Source: Desulfosudaceae bacterium (GTDB lineage: Bacteria; Desulfobacterota; Desulfobacteria; Desulfobacterales; Desulfosudaceae). From it: 64,000 nt of DNA. This document shows positions 48,714 to 58,700 of this stretch, one piece after another (within the stretch, counting starts at the first letter, position 1; each line of letters begins with the position of its first letter). A program made the translations under genes and the position numbers. The notes beneath the pieces were generated by a model. The model did no database searches and had not been told where the DNA came from. It was given only the letters and a program-made list of their open reading frames with translations. Location: NCBI GenBank assembly GCA_963674745.2, contig CAXXDV010000003.1:128001-192000 (forward strand), in the 5' to 3' direction.

Positions 48714-50948
48714 CTAAACGCTGTCGATCGCCAGGAAGGTATTTATTTCCCGCCAGAGACGGGTCGGATTTCCCGCCTGCTGACCGTCGATGCCCAGAAC
48801 AGGTACTGCTCCCATCAGCGAATTGGTCAGAATGATTTGCTCTGCTGCCAGGCACATTCCCATGGTGACAGGTGCCTGTATTGTGGTGTACCCCTGTCCG
48901 GCAAGAAAAGTGAGGGCCGCCTGCTGGGTAACGCCGGGCAAAACAGTCGGTGATTGGGGTACGGTAACCGTCCTGTCGCTTATCAGCAGAATGTTGGCGG
49001 TATTGGTTTCCGAGACGGTGTTGTCGGGATTCATGATGAGGGCCTCGTCAGCGCTGTTGGCGGCGGCCCATTGCCCCGCCAGATAATAATACAGGTAGTT
49101 CATGGTCTTGTGGCCGGCCGTGTCGATTTGGCGGGAATAAGGATAGACGGCCAGGTCCAGCCCCGGTTTTTTCAGCGCTGCCAGTCGATGGGTATAGGGC
49201 CGGGCCGTGACCACCAGGGTATGATCATAGGGCGGTTTTTGCCGGCTGCCATGGGCGGCCATGACTTTTACGGCCGCGGTTTGGTCAGTCAAACGGTTTT
49301 CTTTGAGCACCTGATCGATAACGGTCTTCCAGGTGATGTCCGGTGCAGGGGTGTTGAAAAGCGTCTGCCAGGAGGACGTAAACCGCTCCAGGTGCTCGGC
49401 CAGAAATTTCGGGTGGCCGTCATCGGCGCGGATCGTCTCAAACAGGCCGGCGCCGTACTGAAATCCCGGTGAGCCAAGGGGCAGGTCGATGTTTTTTTGA
49501 TTTGTCAATCGACCGTTGATCCAGAAACAGGTTTCGTCCTGATGCGTTGCGGCGCTGTTTCCCATTATGTCCAGCACGGTGGCGGCCTTGGCCAGGGTCT
49601 CCCGGTATTCATCGGCCGGATCGGAATCAAATACGATACCGCCGCCCGCTGAATAATAAATCCGGTTGTCACGTATAATGGCGGTTCTGATGGCGATGGA
49701 CAGGTCCATGGTGTCATGAAAGCTGATATACCCGATGGACCCGGTATAGATGTGACGCCGGCAGGGCTCCAGTTCGTCGATGATTTCCATGGATCGAATT
49801 TTGGGGCAACCGGTGATGGAGCCGCCGGGGAAAACCGCCTCGATAATATCCGCACCGTCCTTTTCCCTGGCCAGTTCGCCTTCGACGATGGACACCAGGT
49901 GAAAGACGTTATCATATGCTTCCAGGCGTTTATGGTCGGTCACACAGACACTGCCGCCCCGGCAGACCTTGCCCAGATCGTTGCGCAGCAGGTCGACGAT
50001 CATGGATAGTTCCGCCGTGTCTTTGTTGCTGGCCAGCAATTCGTCTTTGTTTTTTTTGTCCTGGTCGGGGGTGTCGCCCCTCGGCCGGGTGCCTTTGATG
50101 GGCCGGGTTTCAATCCGCTGGCCGGTCTGTTTGATAAACCGTTCCGGCGAGGTGGATACGATATGATGATTACCGGCATTAATGTAAGCAAAAAATGGGG
50201 CCGGGTTTTTCCGGAAAAGGTCAACAAACAATGAAAAAGCGTCGCCTGAAAAGTCCGCCTCGAAGCGCTGTGAAAGGTTGACCTGATAAACATCACCGGC
50301 GGTAATGTAGTCGATGATTTTCGCCACCGATGATTTGTATAAGGTTTCAGTAAAATTGGACGTTGGCCGGCCGACAGCATAAGTGCTTTTCGGAGACAGC
50401 TCTGAACGGGTGTTTTCCAGAAGGTCGTCGATTATCTTGTTTGCGTCACGGTCTGTATAGGCCGTTGCACAGGCCGTTGTTTTGTCTGCCTGGTTGTCAT
50501 GGACCAGGATCGATCGGGGGGCGACCAGGTACATGTCCGGCAATCCCAGGTCGTCGATTGATGTCCGGGGGAGAACTTCCAGGCTGTCCTTCAAATCGTA
50601 ACCCAGGTAACCGAACAGCCCGGCCGCTACCGGCAAAGGCAGGTTCGGATCATCTATATGAAAGCGGGACAGGATTTTTTTTACAGCCGTAAGGGGCGGA
50701 ATAGCGAAGGCCTCAGCCTGCTTATCTGTTTGAAGTGTCACCAGACCGTTTTTGGCGGTCACGGTCAGCATTGGAAAAAGCGCCAGCAGATGATAGCCGG
50801 CGCTGTCGGTTGATCCGCCGCCGGCCAGGAGCACGGTGCCCGGCTGGTGGGCGAAACGGGCGGCAAAATCAAGGAACGGTTCGTCCAGGTGAACAGACCG
50901 TGAAACGATTTTTTCCGGTACGGGCAGGCTTTTTAGAAATTGTTCCAT
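48714..50948 (-). CDS. pabBC: fused aminodeoxychorismate synthase component I and ADC lyase (class IV PLP) domain
   Basis: GDVYQVN, SPERF, PIKGT (PabB-type), MIVDLLRNDL, PGGSITG; C-terminal YGAGLFET, HKT, ETNTAN, LPGVT, TNSL. Confidence 0.9.
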   Translation of the reverse strand: MEQFLKSLPVPEKIVSRSVHLDEPFLDFAARFAHQPGTVLLAGGGSTDSAGYHLLALFPMLTVTAKNGLVTLQTDKQAEAFAIPPLTAVKKILSRFHIDDPNLPLPVAAGLFGYLGYDLKDSLEVLPRTSIDDLGLPDMYLVAPRSILVHDNQADKTTACATAYTDRDANKIIDDLLENTRSELSPKSTYAVGRPTSNFTETLYKSSVAKIIDYITAGDVYQVNLSQRFEADFSGDAFSLFVDLFRKNPAPFFAYINAGNHHIVSTSPERFIKQTGQRIETRPIKGTRPRGDTPDQDKKNKDELLASNKDTAELSMIVDLLRNDLGKVCRGGSVCVTDHKRLEAYDNVFHLVSIVEGELAREKDGADIIEAVFPGGSITGCPKIRSMEIIDELEPCRRHIYTGSIGYISFHDTMDLSIAIRTAIIRDNRIYYSAGGGIVFDSDPADEYRETLAKAATVLDIMGNSAATHQDETCFWINGRLTNQKNIDLPLGSPGFQYGAGLFETIRADDGHPKFLAEHLERFTSSWQTLFNTPAPDITWKTVIDQVLKENRLTDQTAAVKVMAAHGSRQKPPYDHTLVVTARPYTHRLAALKKPGLDLAVYPYSRQIDTAGHKTMNYLYYYLAGQWAAANSADEALIMNPDNTVSETNTANILLISDRTVTVPQSPTVLPGVTQQAALTFLAGQGYTTIQAPVTMGMCLAAEQIILTNSLMGAVPVLGIDGQQAGNPTRLWREINTFLAIDSV

Positions 50949-50952
50949 GGCC

Positions 50953-51519
50953 CTATCCTGCGGCGAGAAAGTTTTCCGCCATCTTTGAACCATGCTCGGT
51001 CAGAAAACTTTCCGGATGAAATTGGACTCCGAACAGGGGGTGTTCCGTATGATATAGGCCCATGATGATGTTGTCTTCGGTCCTGGCGGAGACGGTCAGA
51101 GTACCGTTGTTTTGGTGAACGGCCAGGGAATGATAACGGGCCGCCGTAAACGGCGAAGGAATACCGGCGAAAATATTGCCGCCCTCATGATACACATCGG
51201 TGGTCTTGCCGTGGACCGGCAGGGGTGCCCGGACGGTTTGTCCGCCGAAAACCTCGTTGATGCATTGCATGCCCAGGCAGACCCCCAGGATGGGTATTCG
51301 CCCGGCAAACCTGCGGATGATCTCGTTGGACAGGCCGGCCTGCTGCGGCGCTTTTGGCCCCGGGCTGATGACCAGGTAGTCGGGGTGCATGTGTTCGATC
51401 TCTTCGATCGAGACCTGGTCGTTTCGGCGCACCGTAATATCCAGGTCAAACAGCAGAAACAGCTGGACCAGGTTGTAGGTAAATGAATCGTAATTATCGA
51501 TCATGAGCAGTTTTTTCAT
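50953..51519 (-). CDS. pabA: aminodeoxychorismate synthase glutamine amidotransferase
   Basis: IDNYDSFTYNL, SPGP, LGVCLG, RYHSL, QFHPES; adjacent to pabBC. Confidence 0.93.
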   Translation of the reverse strand: MKKLLMIDNYDSFTYNLVQLFLLFDLDITVRRNDQVSIEEIEHMHPDYLVISPGPKAPQQAGLSNEIIRRFAGRIPILGVCLGMQCINEVFGGQTVRAPLPVHGKTTDVYHEGGNIFAGIPSPFTAARYHSLAVHQNNGTLTVSARTEDNIIMGLYHTEHPLFGVQFHPESFLTEHGSKMAENFLAAG

Positions 51520-51529
51520 GACGCTCCCC

Positions 51530-51568
51530 AAATAAAAAAGCCACCTCAGACATGCGAGTCTGGGTGGC
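51530..51568 (-). terminator. intrinsic terminator in the pabA leader
   Basis: GCCACCCAGAC-tcgcat-GTCTGAGGTGGC followed by TTTTTTATTT, ending about 10 nt before the pabA ATG. Confidence 0.75.
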
Positions 51569-51750
51569 CGTAACCTGTTTCATAACTCTATAAAGTATTA
51601 AATTCTTGTAGGCTTAAATAGCATTAAAAAAAGGGTATTGCAATAAAATTGTTCATCAGGTGGCGGGTATTACGGTTTGATTTGTCCGGGTTGGATAAGA
51701 CCGGGACATAGCAGTTGACACCGGTAACGCCCGTAATATATTTCTAATGA

Positions 51751-52530
51751 ATGATGATTTGCCCCAAATGTAATTTCGAGCAGAATGATACCAATCATGA
51801 ATGCGTGAAGTGCGGTATTGTTTTTGAAAAATACCAGGCTTCACAGCAGGCCAGAAACACCGCTGCACCTCAGCCCCGGATTGCGTCAGAACAAACTGCG
51901 GTTGAAGAGGAGGCGGGCGTTTTATCCATTGCCAACCAGCTGCTGTTTCATGTGCCGGAAGAAGTGAGTGCTGTCTCGTTCTGGTCAAGAGTGATTCTGC
52001 TGGCGGCGTTGTTTGCCTGGAGCTGGACGTTTATCCTGCCTTCCATTGAAAGCAACGCGGCCGGCCATTCCTTCATGCACCTGGTGAATCTGCCTTTTCA
52101 CGAAGCCGGACATCTGATTTTCAAACCCTTTGGCAGGATCATCCATTCACTGGGCGGCACCCTGGGGCAGATTCTGATGCCCCTGATCTGCATGGGCGTG
52201 CTGGTGGTTAAAACCCGGGATACGTTCGGCGGAGCGGTGGTGTTGTGGTGGGTCGGGCAGAATTTTATCGATATCGCGCCGTACATCAACGACGCCAGAT
52301 CGCTGACCCTGCCGTTGCTGGGCGGCAATACCGGCCGGACTTCGCCCTACGGTTTTCATGATTGGGAGTTTATTCTAAAGGAGTTGCATCTGGCCCAATA
52401 CGATCATTTGTTCGCGGGCCTGTCACATAAACTGGGCACCGGCATCATGTTTCTGGCCTTTGCCTGGGGCGTTTTTGTTCTCGTTAAGCAACACAAAGCA
52501 AGGGGTGTCATGCTTCATCCTGAAACATGA
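51751..52530 (+). CDS. zinc-ribbon membrane protein with HExxH motif (M50-like peptidase?)
   Basis: CPKC..CVKC; LPFHEAGH; HDW; several TM helices. Confidence 0.7.
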   Translation: MMICPKCNFEQNDTNHECVKCGIVFEKYQASQQARNTAAPQPRIASEQTAVEEEAGVLSIANQLLFHVPEEVSAVSFWSRVILLAALFAWSWTFILPSIESNAAGHSFMHLVNLPFHEAGHLIFKPFGRIIHSLGGTLGQILMPLICMGVLVVKTRDTFGGAVVLWWVGQNFIDIAPYINDARSLTLPLLGGNTGRTSPYGFHDWEFILKELHLAQYDHLFAGLSHKLGTGIMFLAFAWGVFVLVKQHKARGVMLHPET

Positions 52531-52555
52531 AGTATGGCTCCTATGGAGAGAAAAT

Positions 52556-54016
52556 ATGATTATTATTCCACTTTCAGGAAGAATAAGCTGGAAAAATCCA
52601 CCGTTTTTGACGATTGCCCTGGTTCTGGTCAACTGCCTGGTCTTTTCTCTTTTTCAACTCAATGACGACCGTCATTATTATGAGGCGACCGTTTTTTATT
52701 TTGAATCCGGCCTTGCTCAAATCGAAATGCCGGCCTATCTCGACTATTTGAACACTTTGCAGTCGAATCCCGGTGAAAAAAATAATTTTGATGATATGGA
52801 TGATGAAACGCTCATATCCTATTTCAGGAAGATGATGGCAGATGCCGTTTTTCTTAAAATGCTTCGGGGCGGAGATATTATTACGGATGATATGCCCCAT
52901 TATGAAAAATGGGAAACGCTTCGAACCGAATATGAAGAAAAAAAGTTGGAAAGCGTTTCATATCGGTTTGGGTTCAAACCGGGCTTTCCCACCACAACCA
53001 CCCTGTTTACCCATATGTTTCTTCATGGCGGGTGGGCGCATCTTCTGGGAAACATGGTTTTTTTATGGTTGGCCGGTTGTCTGGTGGAAACCGCCATGAA
53101 ACGCCCTTATTTTTTACCCGCATATATATTTACGGGACTTACTTCGGTGGGCCTGTTCTGGGTGTTTAATCAGAGCAGTGCCGTTCAGCTGGTCGGGGCG
53201 TCAGGCGCGATTTCCGGGCTGATGGGGATGCTGACCACCCTTTATGGATTTAACAGGATTCGGGTCTTTTATTCACTGGGTTTTTATTTCAATTATTTAA
53301 GAGCACCGGCCATTTTACTGCTGCCTATATGGGTGGGGGCTGAACTGGTTCAGGTCTTCTGGGGAGGCCCGAGCAATGTGGCCTATCTGGCCCATGTGGG
53401 CGGATTTATCGGCGGCGGTGCGGCCGGCCTGCTGATCACCCGGGTGCTTCACGTCGATATACCGGAGGTGATCAAGGAAGCACCCAAAGACCGGGCACCG
53501 GAGTATATTGAACAGGCCTTAAAAGAGGCCGGGGAGCTGAATATCCAGGAGGCCATTACCATTCTGGACCAGGCCCTGGGGGAATATCCCGGTCATTTGG
53601 AAATCATGAAGCAGCAATACAAAATCGCGCGATTGGATCCGGATAATGCAGTGATTCATACTGTGGCCGGCCGGTTGCTGAACGCCTTTTGCACTTCAGA
53701 AGGAAATGGCGATAAGGCCCGTGACCTGTATGACGACTATATCAAGACCGTTAAAAAGCCCAAACTGTCTTTGCAGGCTTATGCCCGGCTTACAGCGGCT
53801 TACATATCAATCGGGGACACGGCCAGGGCGGAAAAATTCGTGGCCATGTTTTTAAAACGCAAAGCCGATATGCCGGAACTGCCGGTGATCCTGATGAAAC
53901 TAGCCCAAGCGTTCAAAAAAAGAGGAGACGACGGAAAACATGAGAAGTGCCGCCGAATCCTTTTAAGCAGATTCCCTGAATCCAGGGAGGCTGCCTTAAT
54001 GACGCAAACCAGATAA
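52556..54016 (+). CDS. rhomboid intramembrane serine protease with TPR-like C-terminus
   Basis: HMFLHGGWAHLLGNM, VGASGAISG, AYLAHVGG. Confidence 0.9.
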   Translation: MIIIPLSGRISWKNPPFLTIALVLVNCLVFSLFQLNDDRHYYEATVFYFESGLAQIEMPAYLDYLNTLQSNPGEKNNFDDMDDETLISYFRKMMADAVFLKMLRGGDIITDDMPHYEKWETLRTEYEEKKLESVSYRFGFKPGFPTTTTLFTHMFLHGGWAHLLGNMVFLWLAGCLVETAMKRPYFLPAYIFTGLTSVGLFWVFNQSSAVQLVGASGAISGLMGMLTTLYGFNRIRVFYSLGFYFNYLRAPAILLLPIWVGAELVQVFWGGPSNVAYLAHVGGFIGGGAAGLLITRVLHVDIPEVIKEAPKDRAPEYIEQALKEAGELNIQEAITILDQALGEYPGHLEIMKQQYKIARLDPDNAVIHTVAGRLLNAFCTSEGNGDKARDLYDDYIKTVKKPKLSLQAYARLTAAYISIGDTARAEKFVAMFLKRKADMPELPVILMKLAQAFKKRGDDGKHEKCRRILLSRFPESREAALMTQTR

Positions 54017-54024
54017 AACTCGAA

Positions 54025-55458
54025 TCAGGTCTTAATTCCTTCCAGGTATCTCCTGGCAAAGGGCGTAATATCATGGTCCGGGAATTTTTTGATCAGGGCG
54101 GCGATAATCTTTTTTGATTTTAAAGCGTCGTTAAGTTTTTCGTTATAGATCTGAGCTAGCTGAAAGTATGCCTTGGGCACCAGCACGTCGTCCGGGTAAA
54201 ATTTAAGGATTTTGTTCAACGCATTTACGGCGCCTTTGATTTTTTCGCCTTCATGAAGCCAGTTGGCCAGTTTAAGCAGGTTTCGTGGCTTTACACGAAA
54301 ACTTTTTTCAACCGAAGCGCATTCAATATAGACGGCGCATGCTTTTTCCTTTTCATCGGCATTGATCAGCCGGTGAACGAGTTCTCTGCCTTGTTCCACC
54401 ATATCAGGGTACTCTTTTTTTAAACGCAGAAGCCTGTAAAAGCGCTCCAATAAGACCAGGCTGGTGATTCCGGCAACGCCGACCGCCTCTTTAATATAAT
54501 CAATGGCTTCATCCGTCCTGCCTTCTTTAACCAGAATTTCAACCTGATCGATAACCCCCTGTTGCGGGTCCTTGCTTTCGGCTGTTTTTTCCGTTGCTGT
54601 CGAAGGGTCATGAAATTCGTCAAAGTCAATGTCGTAATTGAGCTGTTCATGATATTGCAGGATAACGTAACCCATCAGGTAATAAGAGACAAAAGTATAG
54701 TAATTCTGGGCAAAATGGATGAGGAATGCCAGCAGGTAGGGCGGTATGAATTTCGCGGCCAGGTAGATCAGGGAAGAAGGCGCAAAGAATAGCAACACCA
54801 GCAGAAACCACATCAAAAGGTATCCCCATCCGATGCGAACGACCATACCGATGAACATGACCGGGTTTAAGGCATGCCCGAGTCGCTCGGAAGTGGCCAG
54901 GAGAATAATCATGGCGGGCAAGAGAAATATCCCGGCAATGGCATAAAAAATCATTCCGATAAGGCCCGTGCTGGTCGCTATGGATATGCCCAGAAACCAC
55001 AGGATGCCAAAAAGAATCCACTGCTGGATTACAGGCCAGATGTCCTCTGAATCAACCAGGGTGTCATAGGAAGGCGGACGCATATCACCATAAAGGGTGT
55101 TGAGCAGGATTTTATAGGCGTATTTAATCAGGGCGGCGCCTATGAAAAGATTAAAAAACGGCACCCAGCCGAGAAAAACAGCGGCGAGGGTCAGGATAAG
55201 GTTGAATAACAGCGGCTGGGGCTTTAACGGGTAGGCAAAGAAAGCGGGCATTCGATTCCAGAAAGGCTCTATCAGGTTGGACGCGCCGACCCATTCGGCC
55301 TCGATGAAGCATTTGGGGCAAAGGTGAATCTTGTCTTTCTTCAGTCCATAGCTGCCTTTTTCTCGTTCCACAACACAGGATGGACAAAGCCGGGCCTGGC
55401 ATTTCGGGCAGATCCAGTGCGCCGGTTTGGTCGGATGATAGCTGCAAAAAGACCCCAT
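54025..55458 (-). CDS. B-box-type zinc finger / multi-TM / TPR membrane protein
   Basis: CSYHP..CPKC..CPSC..CPKC; TM region; TPR-like C-terminus; alternative start at 55497. Confidence 0.75.
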   Translation of the reverse strand: MGSFCSYHPTKPAHWICPKCQARLCPSCVVEREKGSYGLKKDKIHLCPKCFIEAEWVGASNLIEPFWNRMPAFFAYPLKPQPLLFNLILTLAAVFLGWVPFFNLFIGAALIKYAYKILLNTLYGDMRPPSYDTLVDSEDIWPVIQQWILFGILWFLGISIATSTGLIGMIFYAIAGIFLLPAMIILLATSERLGHALNPVMFIGMVVRIGWGYLLMWFLLVLLFFAPSSLIYLAAKFIPPYLLAFLIHFAQNYYTFVSYYLMGYVILQYHEQLNYDIDFDEFHDPSTATEKTAESKDPQQGVIDQVEILVKEGRTDEAIDYIKEAVGVAGITSLVLLERFYRLLRLKKEYPDMVEQGRELVHRLINADEKEKACAVYIECASVEKSFRVKPRNLLKLANWLHEGEKIKGAVNALNKILKFYPDDVLVPKAYFQLAQIYNEKLNDALKSKKIIAALIKKFPDHDITPFARRYLEGIKT

Positions 55459-55567
55459 ACGCTTACCCCCCCCCGTTTTATGCGTTAAGATCGCCATTTA
55501 CCCACATCCGGCTGCCATGTCCGATTCCGGATGATAATGGACGTTGCCGTCAGGCCCTAATATTTGG

Positions 55568-57958
55568 TCATTTTTTCTTTTTTGGAAATGCCAGCGTCAG
55601 CACATCATCCATGGTGGCGGCGTAATGAAAGGTCAGGTCTTTTTTGACCTTGTCCGGGATTTCATCCGTGTCTTTTTCATTGGGGACCGGGAGCACCAAT
55701 TCTTTTATCCCGGCGCGATGGGCCGCAATGACTTTTTCCTTGATGCCGCCGACAGGCATGACTTTCCCTCTCAGCGTGATCTCACCGGTCATGGCCAGCT
55801 TGTTTTTGACGCGTTTGCCGGTCATCAGGGAAACCAGGGCGGTCAGGATGGTGACCCCGGCGGAAGGCCCGTCTTTTGGGATGGCGCCTGAGGGGACATG
55901 GATATGGAAATCTGTTTTTTCGTAAAAGTCTTCGTCAATATCATATCTTTTCGCATTGGAACGGATAAAGCTCAAGGCGGCCATGGCGGATTCCTTCATG
56001 ACATCGCCCAACTGCCCGGTCAGGGTCAGTCCCCTCTTGCCTTTCATTGAGGTGGCTTCGATAAAGAGCAGCTCCCCGCCCACCGGTGTCCAGGCCAGGC
56101 CCATGACAACACCCGGGGATAATGATCGTTCTCCCACTTCCGAGGTAAATCGGACGGGCCCGAGATATTCTTTTAAGTGTTCGGTTTTGATGGTCGGGGA
56201 AACCGGAATCCCTTCCGCGATCTTGGCGGCGACACCCCGGCAGACCGAAGCAATTTCCCGTTCGGCGTTGCGAAGGCCGGCCTCTCTGGTGTAATCAGAG
56301 ATAATGCGCCGTATGACGGTTTTTGAAAAGGTTATCTGTCTGGCGTTCAACCCGTTTTCTTTTCGCTGACGGGGAATAAGATAATGGGTGGCGATTTTGA
56401 TTTTTTCTTCCTGGGTATATCCCCGCAGATGGATGATTTCCATCCTGTCGCGCAATGCCGGCGGAATGGTATCGATGATGTTGGCGGTACCGATGAACAT
56501 GACCTTTGACAGGTCATAAGAAACATCCAGGTAATGGTCGGCAAAGGAGAAGTTCTGTTCCGGGTCAAGCACTTCCAGCAGGGCGGAAGAAGGATCTCCC
56601 TTAAAGTCCGCGCCGACCTTGTCAATTTCATCCATCATGAAAACAGGATTGTTCTTCCCGGCTTTCCGCAGTTCCTGGATGATCCGGCCCGGCAGTGCGC
56701 CCACATAAGTGCGGCGGTGCCCCCGGATTTCCGCTTCATCCCGGACGCCGCCAAGGGAAATGCGGACAAATTCCCTGCCCAGGGCGCGGGCAATAGAGCG
56801 GCCCAGGGATGTCTTGCCGGTGCCGGGGGGGCCGGCAAAACAGAGGATCGGTCCCTTGGAGCTTGGGTTTAATTTTCTGACGGCCAGGTATTCGAGGATC
56901 CTTTTTTTGGGCTTTTCCAAACCGAAGTGGTCTTTGTCCAGAATGGCCCGGGCCGCCGTGATGTCCAGTTTGTCTTCCGAACTGATGGCCCAGGGCAGTT
57001 CGGTCAGCCAGTCAAGATAGGTTGAGGAGACCGTGTATTCGGAAGATGAAGAGTGCATTCTGCCGAACCGTTCCAGTTCCCGTGTGGCTGCTTTGTATGC
57101 TTCTTCCGGCATGTTGGCGGCTTCTATTTTGGCCCGATATTCTTCAACCTCGACGCTGGTGTCGTCTTTTTCACCTAACTCTTCCTTGATGGCCTTCAAC
57201 TGCTTGCGCAGATAAAATTCTTTCTGCTGCTGGTTCATGTCCTCTTTTACCTGGGATTGGATTTTATCTCCCAGCTTCAGAACTTCCACCTGATGATTGG
57301 CCAGTTTGGTCGTTTTTTTCAGTCTTTCCTTGACATCCATTGTGGCCAGAACACTCTGCTTTTCTTGCAGAGAACAGTTAATGGTGGACGTGATCATGTC
57401 GGCCAGGGTGCCCGGTTCTTCAATGGTGGTGGACATGGCGCCCAGTTCATTGGGGATTACCGGGGAAATTCTGACAATGTCCTGAAATATTTTGGTCAGA
57501 TTCGACATCAACCCTTCGGTTTCTTTGTCTTTTGTCGCCGGGTCGGTGAGCGTTTCGACCTCGGCTTCCATAAACGGGGTCCGTTTGGTGATCTGCTTTA
57601 TACTGACCCGGGTCAATCCCTGGACCATGAGATGGATTTTTTCGTTTTCATCCTTGGCCATTTTAAGGATCAGAGACATGGTGCCGATATTATGAAGATC
57701 TTCCGGTTCAAACCGGTCTTTTTTCTCTTCACTCTTAACCGCTATCAGGCCGATCATTCTGTTGCCGGCCATCACGGTGTCTACCATTTTGACGTATTCA
57801 TGCTGCGTAATAACAATCGGGATAACCATTCTCGGGAACAATATGCCATCGGCAAGAGGTACCAAAGGAAGTTTATCCGGAAGTTGTTCCGTGCTATTTT
57901 CGTTGATATCCTTGGAATTCGGGGTGTTCATCTTTTCCTCCAAAGTCGGCTTATTCAT
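55568..57958 (-). CDS. lon: ATP-dependent Lon protease
   Basis: GPPGTGKT, RGHRRTYVGA, DEIDK, PKDGPSAG, GGIKEK. Confidence 0.97.
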   Translation of the reverse strand: MNKPTLEEKMNTPNSKDINENSTEQLPDKLPLVPLADGILFPRMVIPIVITQHEYVKMVDTVMAGNRMIGLIAVKSEEKKDRFEPEDLHNIGTMSLILKMAKDENEKIHLMVQGLTRVSIKQITKRTPFMEAEVETLTDPATKDKETEGLMSNLTKIFQDIVRISPVIPNELGAMSTTIEEPGTLADMITSTINCSLQEKQSVLATMDVKERLKKTTKLANHQVEVLKLGDKIQSQVKEDMNQQQKEFYLRKQLKAIKEELGEKDDTSVEVEEYRAKIEAANMPEEAYKAATRELERFGRMHSSSSEYTVSSTYLDWLTELPWAISSEDKLDITAARAILDKDHFGLEKPKKRILEYLAVRKLNPSSKGPILCFAGPPGTGKTSLGRSIARALGREFVRISLGGVRDEAEIRGHRRTYVGALPGRIIQELRKAGKNNPVFMMDEIDKVGADFKGDPSSALLEVLDPEQNFSFADHYLDVSYDLSKVMFIGTANIIDTIPPALRDRMEIIHLRGYTQEEKIKIATHYLIPRQRKENGLNARQITFSKTVIRRIISDYTREAGLRNAEREIASVCRGVAAKIAEGIPVSPTIKTEHLKEYLGPVRFTSEVGERSLSPGVVMGLAWTPVGGELLFIEATSMKGKRGLTLTGQLGDVMKESAMAALSFIRSNAKRYDIDEDFYEKTDFHIHVPSGAIPKDGPSAGVTILTALVSLMTGKRVKNKLAMTGEITLRGKVMPVGGIKEKVIAAHRAGIKELVLPVPNEKDTDEIPDKVKKDLTFHYAATMDDVLTLAFPKKKK

Positions 57959-58000
57959 AATCCGGTGATACGAATGATGATCGTCACCGGGATATCGGCA

Positions 58001-58453
58001 TTATACGTCATCGTCTCGAATGGGGACCTTCATCGACTTGCGGAGGCGCTGCTTGGCCATGGTGATTTGAAGTATCCCGGCCGAAAGCGATGCGGAAACC
58101 CTGTCCGTATCGATCGGTTTGGGTAAAAACAGGATACGTTCAAATTTTCCGTATTGAATTTCGGCCAGACAAAAGGTCGCCTCCGTCACGGGAGACGGCG
58201 GGCGGCGGGAGCCTGAAATCCTTACCGCTCGTTCGTTGATCTCAATTTCCATGGACTCTTTGTCCACTCCGGCGATGGTGGCGACAATTTTGATCTCATC
58301 GGCGGTTTCAAACAAGTCCATCTGCGGTTTCCAGGTGCGATCCAACTGGGAAAAAATGGGGTTGGCGGTTCCGAATATGTCGTCTATGGTTCGTCGCAGG
58401 CCCTTGCTGACCTGGTCAAGGTTGGAACTCAACCGAATTTTGATGTAATCCAT
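58001..58453 (-). CDS. Hsp20/alpha-crystallin small heat shock protein
   Basis: PQMDLFET, AGVDKE, EIQYGKFER, GILQI. Confidence 0.92.
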   Translation of the reverse strand: MDYIKIRLSSNLDQVSKGLRRTIDDIFGTANPIFSQLDRTWKPQMDLFETADEIKIVATIAGVDKESMEIEINERAVRISGSRRPPSPVTEATFCLAEIQYGKFERILFLPKPIDTDRVSASLSAGILQITMAKQRLRKSMKVPIRDDDV

Positions 58454-58700
58454 TTTTCCTCCTGAGTGGCGTGGTTGTGACGGCCTGTGGCAGCGGTCAA
58501 AATTTCCTTTATTAATATACTACAATTCAAATTTATTGCAAATCCTTTCCCATGCTGATTGTATCGATGTCTATAAAATTCTTGACAGAAAATATTACCG
58601 GCGGTTAAGATTCGACCTGTTATGGACGCAAGTTTCAAGCGGCTTTTCCAGTCTTTTGGTTAACATTTTCATGCCCGTCGAGGTAACAGCGGAGGCTCTG

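Noticed and set aside
48714..51519. Anthranilate synthase trpEG with a Trp attenuator
   Set aside because: PIKGT motif and fused ADC-lyase domain indicate pab; the leader ORF has no Trp codons
58454..58560. CIRCE or ROSE element upstream of hsp20-lon
   Set aside because: No TTAGCACTC-N9-GAGTGCTAA and no convincing SD-sequestering hairpin was seen
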